A stretch of DNA of 64,000 bases, taken from contig CM060733.1 of NCBI GenBank assembly GCA_030704615.1, forward strand, positions 37,758,001 through 37,822,000, given 5' to 3'. The notes beneath the pieces were generated by a model. The model had not been told where the DNA came from, searched no databases, and saw nothing but the letters and a program-made list of their open reading frames with translations. Source of the DNA: Takakia lepidozioides. Its lineage: Eukaryota; Plantae; Bryophyta. Position numbers and translations under genes: made by a program. Below, in pieces: positions 37,314 through 49,383 of the stretch (positions are counted from its first letter, which is position 1; each line of letters begins with the position of its first letter).

Positions 37314-37969
37314 ACAGAGTTGCATGTCGCGCAGGTACACCAAAATCTCCCATGTAACATAAACCCATTTCTCATTCATGCTTGCATGTGATCCACGGGG
37401 TAATTTCCATGTTCTCCCAGCTGATGTGGGTTCGCAAATTCTCGGTGTGTAGGTGTGTGTGTGAGGACCTCACCTGGCATGGTGCGATGGGTGTCGAATG
37501 GACCCTTCTCTGCGATGGGAGAACCACTACAGTTGAGTTTGTTTTTGGTGAATCATTTGGCAGAGCACTGTGTTCACTTCTCACACATCATGCGCATTTT
37601 CTCCAAGAATGCATGTAAAGCGGAGCCATACACGGCATCATTGCAGTGTGTTTCCTTCGCCTAATTTTGAACGAAAAAAGTTAACGGATCCATGTCAGTT
37701 GTGTGAATCACTACATCTAGTTGTCTGGAGGATTGTAAGTGGTTTAGGGTTTAACGTCTCAAAGTCGAAAAGGCCATAGTGTCGGATGCACGACACGTGT
37801 TCATATTTGAAATCAACAACGGCCGGATCTTCACTACAGATCGGGGGGGTGTGTGATCACACTCCCCTACTTGTCCTTCTTTCCTCCTTTGCATGTCTTG
37901 GTCTTCCTCGCTTGTCTTTGTCTTGGTCATGGTCTATGTCCTCGCTCGTCTTCATCTTTGTCATGGTCT

Positions 37970-40900
37970 ATGTCCACGCCTAGTAAGAAGCGGTCGACCG
38001 CCGAGGCAGCATCACCTCCTCCCACTTCTGCACATTCCAGCCCCGCGGTGCGAAGGAGCCCCCGCCTGGCTCGACTGAATCCGGCACAGATGGCGTCGGT
38101 GCGAGAGGGAAGGCAAAGCGGTGGGCGGTCTTCGAGTTCGGATTTTGACACAAGCGAGTATAGCATGGGCGACGACGATGAGGTGGAGGACAGTTCGGAG
38201 GAAATTACACCTCCATCTGCAGAGTCTCTCCAAAAGGTGCGCAAACGGCACAAAACCGCTGCGCATGAGGTGAGTTCTACCCCTACTTGTGTTCTTGTTT
38301 TTTGGGCGTTGAGTTCTCCTGAAACTGAAACTGGGATGCACATATCCACAAAGTTGTTCAAACGGATGTCGTAGTATACAGGGCAGTAGAAGAAGAAGCG
38401 TTCTTCAGTTTCAATTTCCTTGGTGCGCCCTATGCAAGCTGGACATAGGCGATCCTCCCGTTGCAGGTTTTCCCATCTGCCAATCTCTATCCGTAGGTTG
38501 TGGGAACCCACCCTGAACCGCCCCAATGCCCTCAAGAGGGAAGGAGGTAAGGGTGCTGAAAGGTAATTTGGTCTGAAGATTATATCATCGCGAAACACCA
38601 AGAATGTCTCTCGATAGAAGTGGAGCTTTGTTGTGAGATTGGGTAGCATCCAAGTTCTCTTGACATGTAATTCCATAAGCTCTCTCCGAATGAGTCTGTT
38701 GCGGTCATGTCTGGATGTGATGTCCACCTCATGTGGGTTCATTGGTAATAGGAAAGCAGTAGAAAGTCCATTACATTTCAATAAACTGTCCACTCGAGCA
38801 TACCAGGAGTTCCCGAAACCTGCAGCTTTGAGCCTCATAGATGTTGTGAGGGCCCTTGCCACTAGCCCTTTGGGTGGAAGGGCCTGCAATCTATGGAGAA
38901 AGATTGTAAGCCTGAACTGTGCCTCGGATTGCAATGGTACACATGCGAACGCTGCACCTAGGATCTGAGATGGAGTTGTGCTCCTGGCGCCAAGCATTGC
39001 TTGGAGAAAAGATGACTGTAATGGTTCCAAATTCTTTTCCCACCAGGAGACAGGGACACAGGTGCCCAAAACTCACAACCATTGATGGTAGCAGGGCTGA
39101 CGACGGTGTCAAACAACCACTTTTTGGTCGGGGGATGCCGCAGATGTATTTGCTTGCATTTGGCGTGAAGGCGGATGGAGGCCGCCTTACCTTTAGTCAA
39201 TCTGTCCAAGGCAGTGGCTGCAAAGTGAAACTTGGGGGAGTGGATAACCAGACCTAGGTACCGGTATGATTTGACAATCTCAATTTCCTGCTGGTTGAAG
39301 ATGAATCTACGATCAGCCTGGCCATTGAAGACCATGATCTTGGTCTTGCTAAGATTGACTTGCATCCCATAGTCTTTGCATAACTGTTCCAAAATTTTGA
39401 TATGGCGTTGCAGAAAGACCGGGGATTGTACCAAAAGGGCAACATCATCAGCGTAGAGGAGATCTGATTGGGCAGAAAATGAAGTTAGGCAGAAAACATC
39501 CCTGAACATGTTTTCAATTTGTGTCATGGGGGAGGACATCGTGGAAAAACCTTCGGGTCTACCACCGTGTGCAGAGGGACTAGTTTTTAGGTCAAGGAAA
39601 TGTTGCTTTGTCACGTCATTGCACCTGCGTTGGAGTACGCATTTGCTATATGCGTTGATAACTCCAACGAGGCTAGGTCTGCAATATCCTTTCAATTGAA
39701 TTGTGTCTGCACTTGTGTTTACCAACATTGAGAGTCTTTAGGCCTTTTGGGGCTCCGTTGCTGGGCTCCGCCATACAGCCATTTGCTGATTGTGTGAATA
39801 GATGTCCACTGGATATGTGCAAAACCCGGATGGATGTTCTGTTTCCTGGTAAGTTTCATGTGGTACTGATGTGAACCCGCTCACATTCTGTTTCTTCACC
39901 AATGAATGGGCTTACATGTTATGAGGACATTCTGTCCCTCTCCTTTTCAGTTTTTGGCACTTTGCGCTGCAGGGGAGTGGGTTTGAGGTCAGCCAATCCA
40001 TAGTTGTGGTTGTGGGATGGTTTGTGCTCTGGTGACGTTGTGTTCAGTAGGACTACAGCTGATGCACCTTGTGTGTGGGATGTTTTTGGCAGCGGAAGGG
40101 GAGTGAAGCTGCAGCAAAGCACTCACAGCCACCACACAATGCCAACCAACACCAACCTTGGCACCCACCCCCTGCCGGATGGTCTCCACAACAGAGTGCA
40201 CCATGGGGAGCCCCCCCTGCTTCGGGGTCGTGGCGCTGGCTTCCTGATGTTGCCACGTCACAATGGGGTCCCACATCTCCATACGGCCCTCCCCCTCCGG
40301 CACACATCAGTCACCCCCCACAACGTATGACGGCGCTGCTCCAGAGCATGGGGGCAGGAAACGGACATCAGAGTTGAGGAAGGAACGACGTCATGCCATG
40401 AAACAATGGGAAGGAGATGGAGAGGGAAGGGTGGCTGCAGGGCTAAAGCGCCACAAGGTGGAGGTGCATGGAAATGGAGTCATCAATGCTGGCTGCGAAG
40501 GTAAGGAACACTGGCAGCGTGATTTGCGTGGCCTGGCATTGCGTTACCTTGACTCAAGCGTACAAGACATTGACCAGCAGTCCCAGAGTGCCATGTCAAC
40601 AGTAATAGAGGGCATAAATGGAATGTACGAGTACACACCTATCCCTGCCAATCGTGATTTTATAGTGAAGCAATGTGAGAAGATAATGAAAGGAGAAAGA
40701 GCAAAACTGAAAGATAAATGGGCGAAGACTGGTGTGAGGCCAATGAACACTGAACCCGCCTATTGGGATAAGCTTGTTGCCTACTGGGAGTCCCCTCGTG
40801 GACTTGCAAAGGCTGAAGGGATGAAGCAAGCGCGTGCTTGTGTCACGAACCCCTCGCGTTGGGGCCGGGCAGGAGTTGCAGGCCAAGCAGCCCGTTTGGT

Positions 40901-43542
40901 AATCTCCCTCACCCCCTTCTCATTGCTCTTACGTTGTGGCATGTTCTGATGGAAGAGACACCCACGAGTGGGTTTTATTGCTTGTGCAGAATTAGTTGTT
41001 ATGTGATATGCAGGGCAGTGCTTTGTCCATATGCTCCTGGCATTTTGTACTGACAGCGTGTGGATGGGCAAATACAGAAAAGACGCAAAGCGCGGAGCCC
41101 GTCACTGTCCGAGCTCGGGGCGGAGTGCAAGAACGCTGCGACTGGCACCCCATCAGAGTCTGTTTTGAGCCAGGTATGTTTTGAAGTCCGGTTTCCATTC
41201 ATGAATCTGTTGTTGTACTAAGATTTGGTGGGTATGTGGGGCCCCCACGCATGGTACACGAGGGGTGTTATGCCAAACCTAGCCATCTCTGAATGCCTGA
41301 AATCCTGCACATTCGGCCTCTTCTTCTGGTTTTTAACAGTACGGGTGGGTGTTTGTATGCGTAGGGAGCGGGGAACTCAATGGCAGCCCGCATCGGGGCC
41401 CTGGAGAGGCTTGCGGCTCTCTCCGCGGAGCGGGAGAGGGGAATGGAAGCACAACTGAAGAAGATAGTGGAACTCATGATGGGGCAAAAATGGGGTGTGA
41501 CGGGTGGCATTATGGAAGACGCCCCTGCTGCGACCATTGTACCTGACAAGGAGGAAGTAATTGTAGTGGGTAGGGATGTGACAGAGGTCCGAGCTGTTGT
41601 TGATGATATTCACAGTGGGGGCAGGGTCCACTCGTTGAAGAGGGAGAGGTCCAGCAAGTTGGTGGGGATGACATGGACGATGGGGGGGTCATTGCTCATG
41701 ATGGGGGAAAAGGGGAAGCTGTAGGGGGAGAGGGTGGTAGTTTGCCTGGTCCAGGCTGCAGGGGGACCGAAACTTTGCCCTCCGGGGTGACTGTTGTCTC
41801 CCAACCCACTGAGGTGAGACCCCGTGACACCCCTTCAAAAGCTCCTTTCATAGAAAAGTCGAAACTAATTGTTCTAGACCTGAACGGGATCCTGTGCCAC
41901 TCTATTCCTAACTTTCAGCCCAACCCGAGGCGTCATTGGCCATGGGTGTTGACCACCAACAAGTATGTTTTCCCAAGGCCCCAGGTCTGCGAGTTTTTAA
42001 ACCTTCTCTTCCGGTATTTCTACGTTGGGATATGGTCCTGTGCTTCCAAGGGGAATGTTGCAGACATCTTCAAAGTGGTCATGCAGGGGGTCAAGGGTTC
42101 TCCCCTCTTTGTGTGGTCACAAGAGGAGTGTGACCCCTTGACAGAGCCACACCCCACAAAAGGGCCTGCCGTACAGAACTTACAGAAGAGACTGTCGAGG
42201 GTGTGGTCGGAATTTTCTGGATTTAACAAATCCAACACCCTCCTAGTGGATGATTCACCACACAAGGGGAGGGGGAACTCCATTGTCGTTTGATGTCACT
42301 GGCAATGTCAGTGAGGGGCCCGATTCAGACTACCTTTTAGAAACAGTCTGGCCCTACTGCCAAGATTTGTTTTGCTCCAAGGATGTGCGTGTCTTCACAA
42401 GCACGCGGAAGCTGACCCCGACTGGCAGCTTGAATGTGGGAGAGGATGGGGTCGTTGGGGGAAGTACTTCTGCGCCCATGCAGGTGAAACTAACCTTACT
42501 GTTTGCAACATGACATTGAAGCCAAAGTCCATGTTTGTTTTGTTCCCCCCAGATGCCCTCTCACGCAAGGCTGGCACTATATGTTTTGCAGGGACCACAT
42601 GTACAGGGAGTGGCAGTGGGGTCGAATATGAAGAAGGTGGGTCCTGCGCCTACGACCATAGTGCTACGGCGGCTGCATTCCGGATTCCCCCCCCCAGCAT
42701 GAGGAGGCAGCGCCCAAGGTATGGTTGTTCCCAGCCCCTCTCCGCAAACCTACTTGGTTGGTTTCCTTTATGGATACACTTCCTGAAGCGTTGCAATGTG
42801 TATTCATTGCAGGTGAGCAAGAGGAGTGGGCTGTCCCCGGCACCATCATCGCAACAGGACGTGGTTCCCCAGGCATGCATTCATGGCTCCTTGCTTTGCC
42901 TGGCTGGTTTTTAGTAGGGTTATTTTTGCCAGGAAGTTGTAGTGTTAGGGTCTGAGCAGGGTGTTTGTTAGCTTGCTCCGTGGAGGTGTGTTTATACCAT
43001 TGCAACGACCAGAGTTCATGTTATTCTTATCCGTCTGACTAAACCTCTTTTTGCTGCTGCAGTTGAAGACACGTGGGCAGCTTTCCTCAGTTGCCACCCT
43101 CAGCGACGAGCTTCGCTTCAAGGTACGTTGGTACACCGTGAATTGGCTGCTGATTCAGTATTGTGGCAACCAAGATCATTTCCATGCCCAGCTGCGCTTG
43201 ACTTTCACCCTGTCATTGCTATGTTTGTTGCTGAGTGGACCCTGATGTTGGTGTCTGCAGATATCAGATCCTGTGTTTCTCCTGAACCCCCATGACAAGC
43301 GGTCAAAGACAGCTGCCGCCAAGGCGGAAGTGGTGGGAATAGCCGGGGTTGACAAGTTCCACTGCAAGGACATTCGATCCGGGTGGTACAAGGTGAAAGT
43401 CCACGAGATCACGCTTCCAAGTGTTACATTGCCTTGCCCAAATGTGGACGATGCCCCCCCCCAGACCACACTAGCGCACGTGAAAGGCACGGTGACTCTG
43501 TGGCCAGAGAAGAGTATGAGGAAAGGTGAAAGTATCAAGTGA
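37970..43542 (+). pseudogene. CACTA TnpA-like multi-exon gene: S/acidic N-terminus, Ptta/Transposase_24-like domain, FCP1/NIF phosphatase-like domain, Tnp1-like C-terminal domain; frameshifted
   Basis: Exon 37970-38269 (GAG|GTGAGT); WDKLVAYWESP..KAEGMKQAR...SRWGRAG (40760-40890); LIVLDLNGILCH...RPQVCEFL...VGIWS...LFVWSQEEC...NTLLVDDSPHK (41865-42265); last exon 43261-43542 FHCKDIRSGWYKVKVHEI...LPCP...TLWP. Confidence 0.8.
38319..39470 (-). mobile_element. 5'-truncated non-LTR retrotransposon (RTE/RTEX-like RT C-terminal half) in intron 1 of the TnpA-like gene
   Basis: LLYADDVALL, VNLSKTKIMVF, YRYLGL; FRVGSHNLRIEIGRW...RLCPAC...ETEERFFFYCPVYYDIR; (CAGTTT)n-like tail at 38319-38333. Confidence 0.85.
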
Positions 43543-44669
43543 CATTTCATGTTTGTAGTCCCTGTTGGGTGTGTAATGATACTCATAGAAGTGTGTATGA
43601 TACTCACGTTACCAGTTTTGAACATTTGGGCCATGACAGTTTAAGTGATGTCCGACAACCATGTATGTTGGCATTTAGTCTTGCTCATATGCAGGTGTGC
43701 CATGACGGCCTCTAATTTGAATGTAATATCACATTTCCTGACTTGTCGTCGTGCCCGTCCACCTTCTATGTGTATGTGTGATGGTCTTTGATCTCCCTGT
43801 TGCCTCGTCTATTTGGTTCATTAGCGTGATGTTGTGCATGTATCGTGGTCTATGTTCTGAGTCTCGCCCAGTATCATTGCTTCTCAATTCCCCCTGCATA
43901 TGGGTGAACCACTAAAACCAGTAGAATGCATCAGAACCATATTTTCAGCTTAGAATGCAGGTCAGTTGGAAACTCACACAAACCACTACAAGTGCTCATT
44001 TTTCGTGCTTTCCTACTGTAGTGCAACCAACTAGCACAGTGGCAGCGGAGTTCGCCAAAGCAGTCCCGAGATGGCACAGACACTCTGCGTCTTTCCACTA
44101 GCAGTCGTACCCGTCACTGCCATTGCGTGGGGACGACGCCACGCGTCAACCCACACACTCTCCACGTGGTCCCCGTGGATTCGTCTGCCGGAAGTTGTGC
44201 AGTTGACTTCGCCAGTGGCTGTTGCGACGTCACATGCAGCATTCCAAGTGATGTGGCCGACTGCGATGTGGCGTCTTGGGGCCGTGGCCACGCGGCAGCA
44301 TTGCCGCTCGTCGCGGCGCCGCCACATCGGCATCCACGTCCGCATCCACGTCCGCGTCCATGTGTCACCGCGCCCCGGGTGAGTCAGTCCAGTCATCCGG
44401 AGGGAAAAGTCAAAGTCAGCCCAAAAGGTCAGAGACACGGGCGGCCCGCCTGGTTACGCCACGTGGTTCTTCAGCATTAATCGCATTAATCGCTGAGCAG
44501 TTGTTCGCGCGTCTGCGTCCTTTACCACTCCAATCATTGGATGTCCAACCCAACTACCACGTCTGTTGTAACTAGTTTGTTGTAACTTCTAGTCGATCCC
44601 AGTTTTTTGACTTTTACGACTCAAAATGAGTCGTTACCCCAGTGGTAAATGACACGAATGCTTCTAGTG

Positions 44670-44885
44670 TCCGTACTACCTCCACCAATCGACGTCAATC
44701 AAGAAATTGAGTATGAAGTCGACGAAGTCCTAGACTCTTGCATCAAGTATAAACGTCTTGAGTATTTCGTACATTAGAAATGCTACGACGTCAGCGAACG
44801 AACTTGGGAACCTTAATCCAATCTCGCCAATGCATCTGACAAAGTCCAAGAGTTTCATCAACGATATCCAGCTAAGCCCCGAGCT
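44670..44885 (+). pseudogene. Chromodomain remnant of the retrotransposon integrase
   Basis: SVLPPPIDVNQEIEYEVDEVLDS...LEYFVH*KCYDVSERTWEP. Confidence 0.9.
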
Positions 44886-45511
44886 ACACGTCAATAAGAC
44901 GTCAATAAGACGTCACAACGATGATGTCAGCCAAGTTAGCTTCAAGGTGAAGACTCCACATTCAGTGTACATGATACACGCTAAGGAGGAAAGAGCATCA
45001 CACATCAATATATATAACTATACTTCCAACACTCTTGCATCTTGTATTGGCAGCATGGAGTCACATGAACCAAATACATTGGAGCTGTCGCTTATCCAAC
45101 TATCAGATCAGTCGTTCCGACTTTCACGACTTTCAACATCACGCCGACGCTCTCGAGACGATGGGCCACCAATGTGACGCATACTTCCTCGTCTGAACCC
45201 CGTACGATGGCAAGTGGAGCCTACTCGAAGTCTGATAATTCTGTTAGAGGTTGAGGCTTCGGACCCAGAGGGCAACGAAATCATGTTTGAAGGCAATTTC
45301 GAAAATCAGAATGCTCAAATCACTGCGTGGTCCTAAGTTTAAGGTGTTAGACATTATCGATGGTTGTAGGGACCTGTAAATCATTTGAGTCAAGAACGAA
45401 GAGCTGAATACTTGGCAAATATCATTCGCCGGATTTTGGATTTTCTCCAACTCTAAGCAAGTCCAAGATTTTACCGCTCCTCGAGGAACTCGTCGCTAGT
45501 GGAGGGGGTGA

Positions 45512-46076
45512 TATCACGGACATAGCCCAGATGAACTTATCATGAGTAAATACCAGAAGTTACCAAGTTACCATGATTTACCGTAATTTATCATGATCTA
45601 TCATTATTTACCATTAGTTACTAAGTTACCGGGAGTTTACCAAATTATCAAGAGTAACTTGGAAAACTGCTCAGGAACCTTTGTTTAATCTTGGAAACTT
45701 CTCCATCATGAAACCTCTATAGGGGAAGCTTCTTAGGGAACTTCTTAGTAGCCAGTATATATAGGAGGCGAGACTGGACACTCTTCAGTCTCGCCAAGAC
45801 CAGTTCAAGCTACTCTTGTTTCCAGTTCCCAGTACTCCAGTCCAGTTCCCAAAACTCTAGCCCAGTTTCCAGTATCTGGTACTCCAGTCCAGTTTCTAGC
45901 ATTCCAGTATTCAAGTCGTGTTATAATATCTTGTACTCTTGTTCATTGTTATAAAGATCATCTTGATTCATATTTACTCATCATGCATTCGGCCACGCCG
46001 ACCTTGACTTCTTGTCTAGTTTTGTACCTCTAGTCTGATCTCTTGTTTGTGTTCAATCATGTTCTCGTCCTTGACA
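45512..46076 (+). repeat. 3' LTR
   Basis: Follows the PPT; begins tatca (mutated TGTCA), ends TGACA; aligns with the 5' LTR with substitutions and indels. Confidence 0.93.
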
Positions 46077-46410
46077 ATAAAAGGGGTAAAATAGAAACAT
46101 ATAAATTATTATCTATAATTGCCCTTAGGACTCCTTAGGGTCGTCCTAAGGAGGGGAAAATTGAAAGATATAAATTATTATTTATAATTTCCCTTAGGAC
46201 TCCTTAGGGCACCCCTAAAGAGTCCTAATAGTAGGAAAATAGAATGACATAAATTATTATTTGTAATAGCCTCCTAAGAGGGGAAAATGAAAAGATATAT
46301 TTTGTTATTTATAATTGCCATTAGGACTCCTTAGGGAAAATATAAAGATGTAAATTGTTATTTTTAATTGCTCTTAGGACTTCTTAGGGTGGAGGCCAAG
46401 GGGAAAATAA
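46077..46410. repeat. Palindromic satellite, right part (continues in register from 25736)
   Basis: aaattattatctataattgcccttaggactccttaggg... units resume directly after the LTR. Confidence 0.92.
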
Positions 46411-46699
46411 AATAAAATACTTTAATAAATATATCAACTTTAAGAATCACATGTACTATTTATTGGTATGTACCGACAAAATTTGTAGGTGACACCATTT
46501 ATTACAATTAAAACAAGATTTTGTCTTCAATAAACGTTCATACAGCTATTTGTAATGCACCGACATCCTTTTTCAAATAAACCTTCATGAGTTAGTAAAG
46601 TGTGTGGGATAAAGTTAATAAATAACAACTTTTCATTATGTTTTCATCCAATTATTTTATTTTTCATTCATTTTTTTTAGACTGTACCTCAATTTTTTC

Positions 46700-47590
46700 C
46701 CTATAAGTATAGAAAACGAGGATCATTTTTTTCTCTTTCTTCCACAAATTGTTTGCAGACTATAAAACTGTCTCCCTCAGTTTTGCTCTTTTAACTTCGT
46801 TTCCGTGTTTTTTCTTTGTTTCTGTTGCTTGTTTATGTTTCTTTGTCCTTTCGGTTAGTTCTTTTTTTGGTCTTCACTTTTGCTTCTCTGTTTATGTTTC
46901 TTTTTAATCTCTATTCTTTGTCTTTCTGTGTGAGTTTTTCGATTGAATAGAACTTTCTCTTCTTTTTCTCTTTCATTCTATTGTCTTTTTTTCCTTTGAA
47001 AACTCTATAAGTATGCAGAACGAAGATCATTTCCTTCACTTTCTTCTGCAATCAAGCTTTTTGCGTAGAATAGAATTCTCTCTCAGTTCTGCTCCTTTGC
47101 CATCGTTTGTGTTTCTTCTTTGCTTCTGTTGTTTGTTTATGTTTCTTTGTTCTTTCGGTTTTGTGGCAAAATAGAACTGTCTCTTAGTTCTTCTCAGTAG
47201 CCTTCATTCGTTTTTTTCTTTCACTTTTTGTTCTTTGTTTATGTTTCTTTCTGATATCTGTTCTTTGTATTTTTGTGTGAGTTGTTCAGCGGAATAGAAA
47301 TTCCTATTCGTTCTTTCTCTTTCGTTTTGTTTTCTTTCCTCTTCGTTTGTGTTTCTTCTTTGCTTTTGTTGTTTGTTTATTTATTTTGGTTCTTTCGGTT
47401 CTGTGGCAAAATAGAAATGTCTCCTAGTTCTTTTGAGTAGCCTTCATTTGTTTTTTTCCTTCGCTTTCTGTCTTTGTTTATATTTCTTTTTTATCTCTAG
47501 TCTTTGTACTTATGTGTGAGTTGCTCAGCGGAATAGAACTTTCCCTTCTTTCTTTCTCTTTTGTTTTGTTTTGTTTTGTTTTCTTCTAAC
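46700..47590. repeat. T-rich degenerate tandem repeats (~240-300-bp units)
   Basis: ctataagtat..gaacga.gatcattt at ~46702 and 47004; gttctttcggtt..gtggcaaaatagaa at ~47149 and 47389; cagcggaatagaa twice. Confidence 0.8.
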
Positions 47591-48751
47591 ATATTTGACA
47601 CACTATCAGATAACTACCAAAAACACTATCTTATATTTCCAAGAAATCATCAAAATTCATTACACTGTGATTATGCCACTTGAATGTTACATCATAATCT
47701 ATAGTGTATATGATATTCAAGCATGATATCAATATAGTATATACAACTTAGAGATTATAAATATTTAATTATAATCAGAATTATACATATACAGTATAAA
47801 TAAGTATATGAAAAACGAATATTTAAATTATATTAAATAAATAAAATAATTAATAAATATATATATTAAAAATCTAGCTATAATTTAACGACGCTACATA
47901 AATCAACTATCATTCCATCAACCAGTCAATTATCATAAATCAATCATTATAAGTTACAATCATGTGTTATTTTTACTTACTACATTATTCTTTATTCATA
48001 TCACTTTTTATATCTTACCATTATATTTATAAATTTCAAATTTCAAATATTAAATATTTATATTATTTATATAAATGAACATACTAAAATATTGATTTAA
48101 AATAATCAAAATTAAAATATATTTATTTATCTAAATATAATGATGTATATTATATATCATAAAAATAAATATATTATCAATTATATCATGCTTTCAATGT
48201 CAGATTCATCATTCCAATTTAAATCTAATCAAGTTATCAATCATATTACATCTCAAAAACTTCAAATATTTCAAATATACTATTTATATTAACGAATTTA
48301 TTTAACGAATAATAATTAAAAACTAGATATATAATAATATAATATGTATTTAAATACTTTAAATGTAAATCGATATATAATATATAATGTTATATTATAT
48401 CATGTTTTCAACCTCAGATTTCATCATTTCAATAAATTCAAAATCCATTCAATCGAATTGTTTATCATATTATATTTCAAAAATCTCCAATTTTTTTTAA
48501 CCTTTATGGTTAATCTTTAAGGCCTTCGGGCCATAATTTTGTATGCTATAATGGATAGCTATAAGGGTTCGAATCCCTATACATTTTTTTTTTTTTTTTG
48601 TGAAAACCAGGGCTGAAACCAGTCCAATCTGATATAGGAGTTCATATTCGTATATTGTATAATGTATATATATCCATATGTATACATCAAATATGACATG
48701 TATAATGTTCATCGTAATCTGATATACCAATTCAATCCAATGACGCAATAA

Positions 48752-48980
48752 AAAATCCTTAGAGTGATTCTAAGAAACTCTTAGAGTGAATGTGTTGTTT
48801 TTTTAATCACTCTAAAAAATCCTTAGAGGCTCATAGCGGCTCTAAGGGATCCTTAGAGCGATTGCAAATAGCAATATAGTTTATTCTGTTTTCCTACTCT
48901 AAGTAATGCTTGGATCAAATGTGAATAGCCATTTAGATTTTTTTTTGTTTTCCCGCTCTAATAAATCCTTAGAGCGGGTT
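48752..48980. repeat. Cluster of short direct and inverted AATCCTTAGAG / CTCTAAG motifs (transposon-subterminal-like)
   Basis: cttagag at ~48758, 48780, 48822, 48853 and 48968 with ctctaa complements interspersed. Confidence 0.7.
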
Positions 48981-49383
48981 TCTCTTCTTGGTCATGGTTG
49001 ATTGTTGAGGCCGTATGGTACCCTTTGAGATTTAACTCTTCTTCCCATTCAATAATTCAACTATTAACAATATAGTTATTTGGCTAAAAATAATGTGATT
49101 TTTTGGCTAAAATATATTAAGGTTCAGCCAGAACTTGTCGACGTGGCCTTCTGTCTTGCTGAGAATCAAAAACTTGGCACTAGCTGGCATCCTAAAAAAC
49201 AAACTTTCCCAGAAAAACAATATAATCTCTCAAACCCAACGATGAAAATTCCTAAAATTTGGGTAGATGATGTAGAGGCCGTAGCTTTAACCCCGGGCCG
49301 GGTAGGTAGGTATGTGTACAGTTCATTTTTGTGGATGAATGCCGGTAGGTGGGTAGCCTCCAATTAGTTCCAAGGGGTAGTAG

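Larger units (their letters stand above)
30038..44669 (-). mobile_element. CACTA/EnSpm DNA transposon (~14.6 kb) with its left terminus lost
   Basis: Right end ...CTTCTAGTG (= CACTAGAAG) abuts the resumed retroelement frame; ACGACTC/GAGTCGT subterminal motifs at both ends (30153-30168, 30324-30341, 44617-44633); Tnp2-type transposase and TnpA-like gene inside. Confidence 0.88.
25737..46076 (+). mobile_element. Chromovirus-type (Tf1/Tcn1-like) Ty3/gypsy LTR retrotransposon, internally deleted, carrying nested insertions
   Basis: TGTCA...TGACA termini inside the satellite with a degenerate 5-bp TSD (aaaag/ataaa; array consensus ataag); LTRs 27870-28392 and 45512-46076; PPT GGAGGGGGTGA at 45501-45511; gag, protease, integrase C-terminus and chromodomain present. 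Confidence 0.85.

Noticed and set aside
37927-39069. 380-aa ORF as a stand-alone gene
   Set aside because: LINE C-terminus reading through into the antisense of TnpA-like exon 1
43984-44023. CACTACA...TGTAGTG 40-bp inverted repeat as a CACTA end or mini-element
   Set aside because: No 3-bp TSD, and the real junction with the retroelement is at 44669
47600-48500. Very AT-rich tract suggestive of an organellar insertion
   Set aside because: No organellar gene or tRNA recognisable; it contains local duplications typical of repeat interiors
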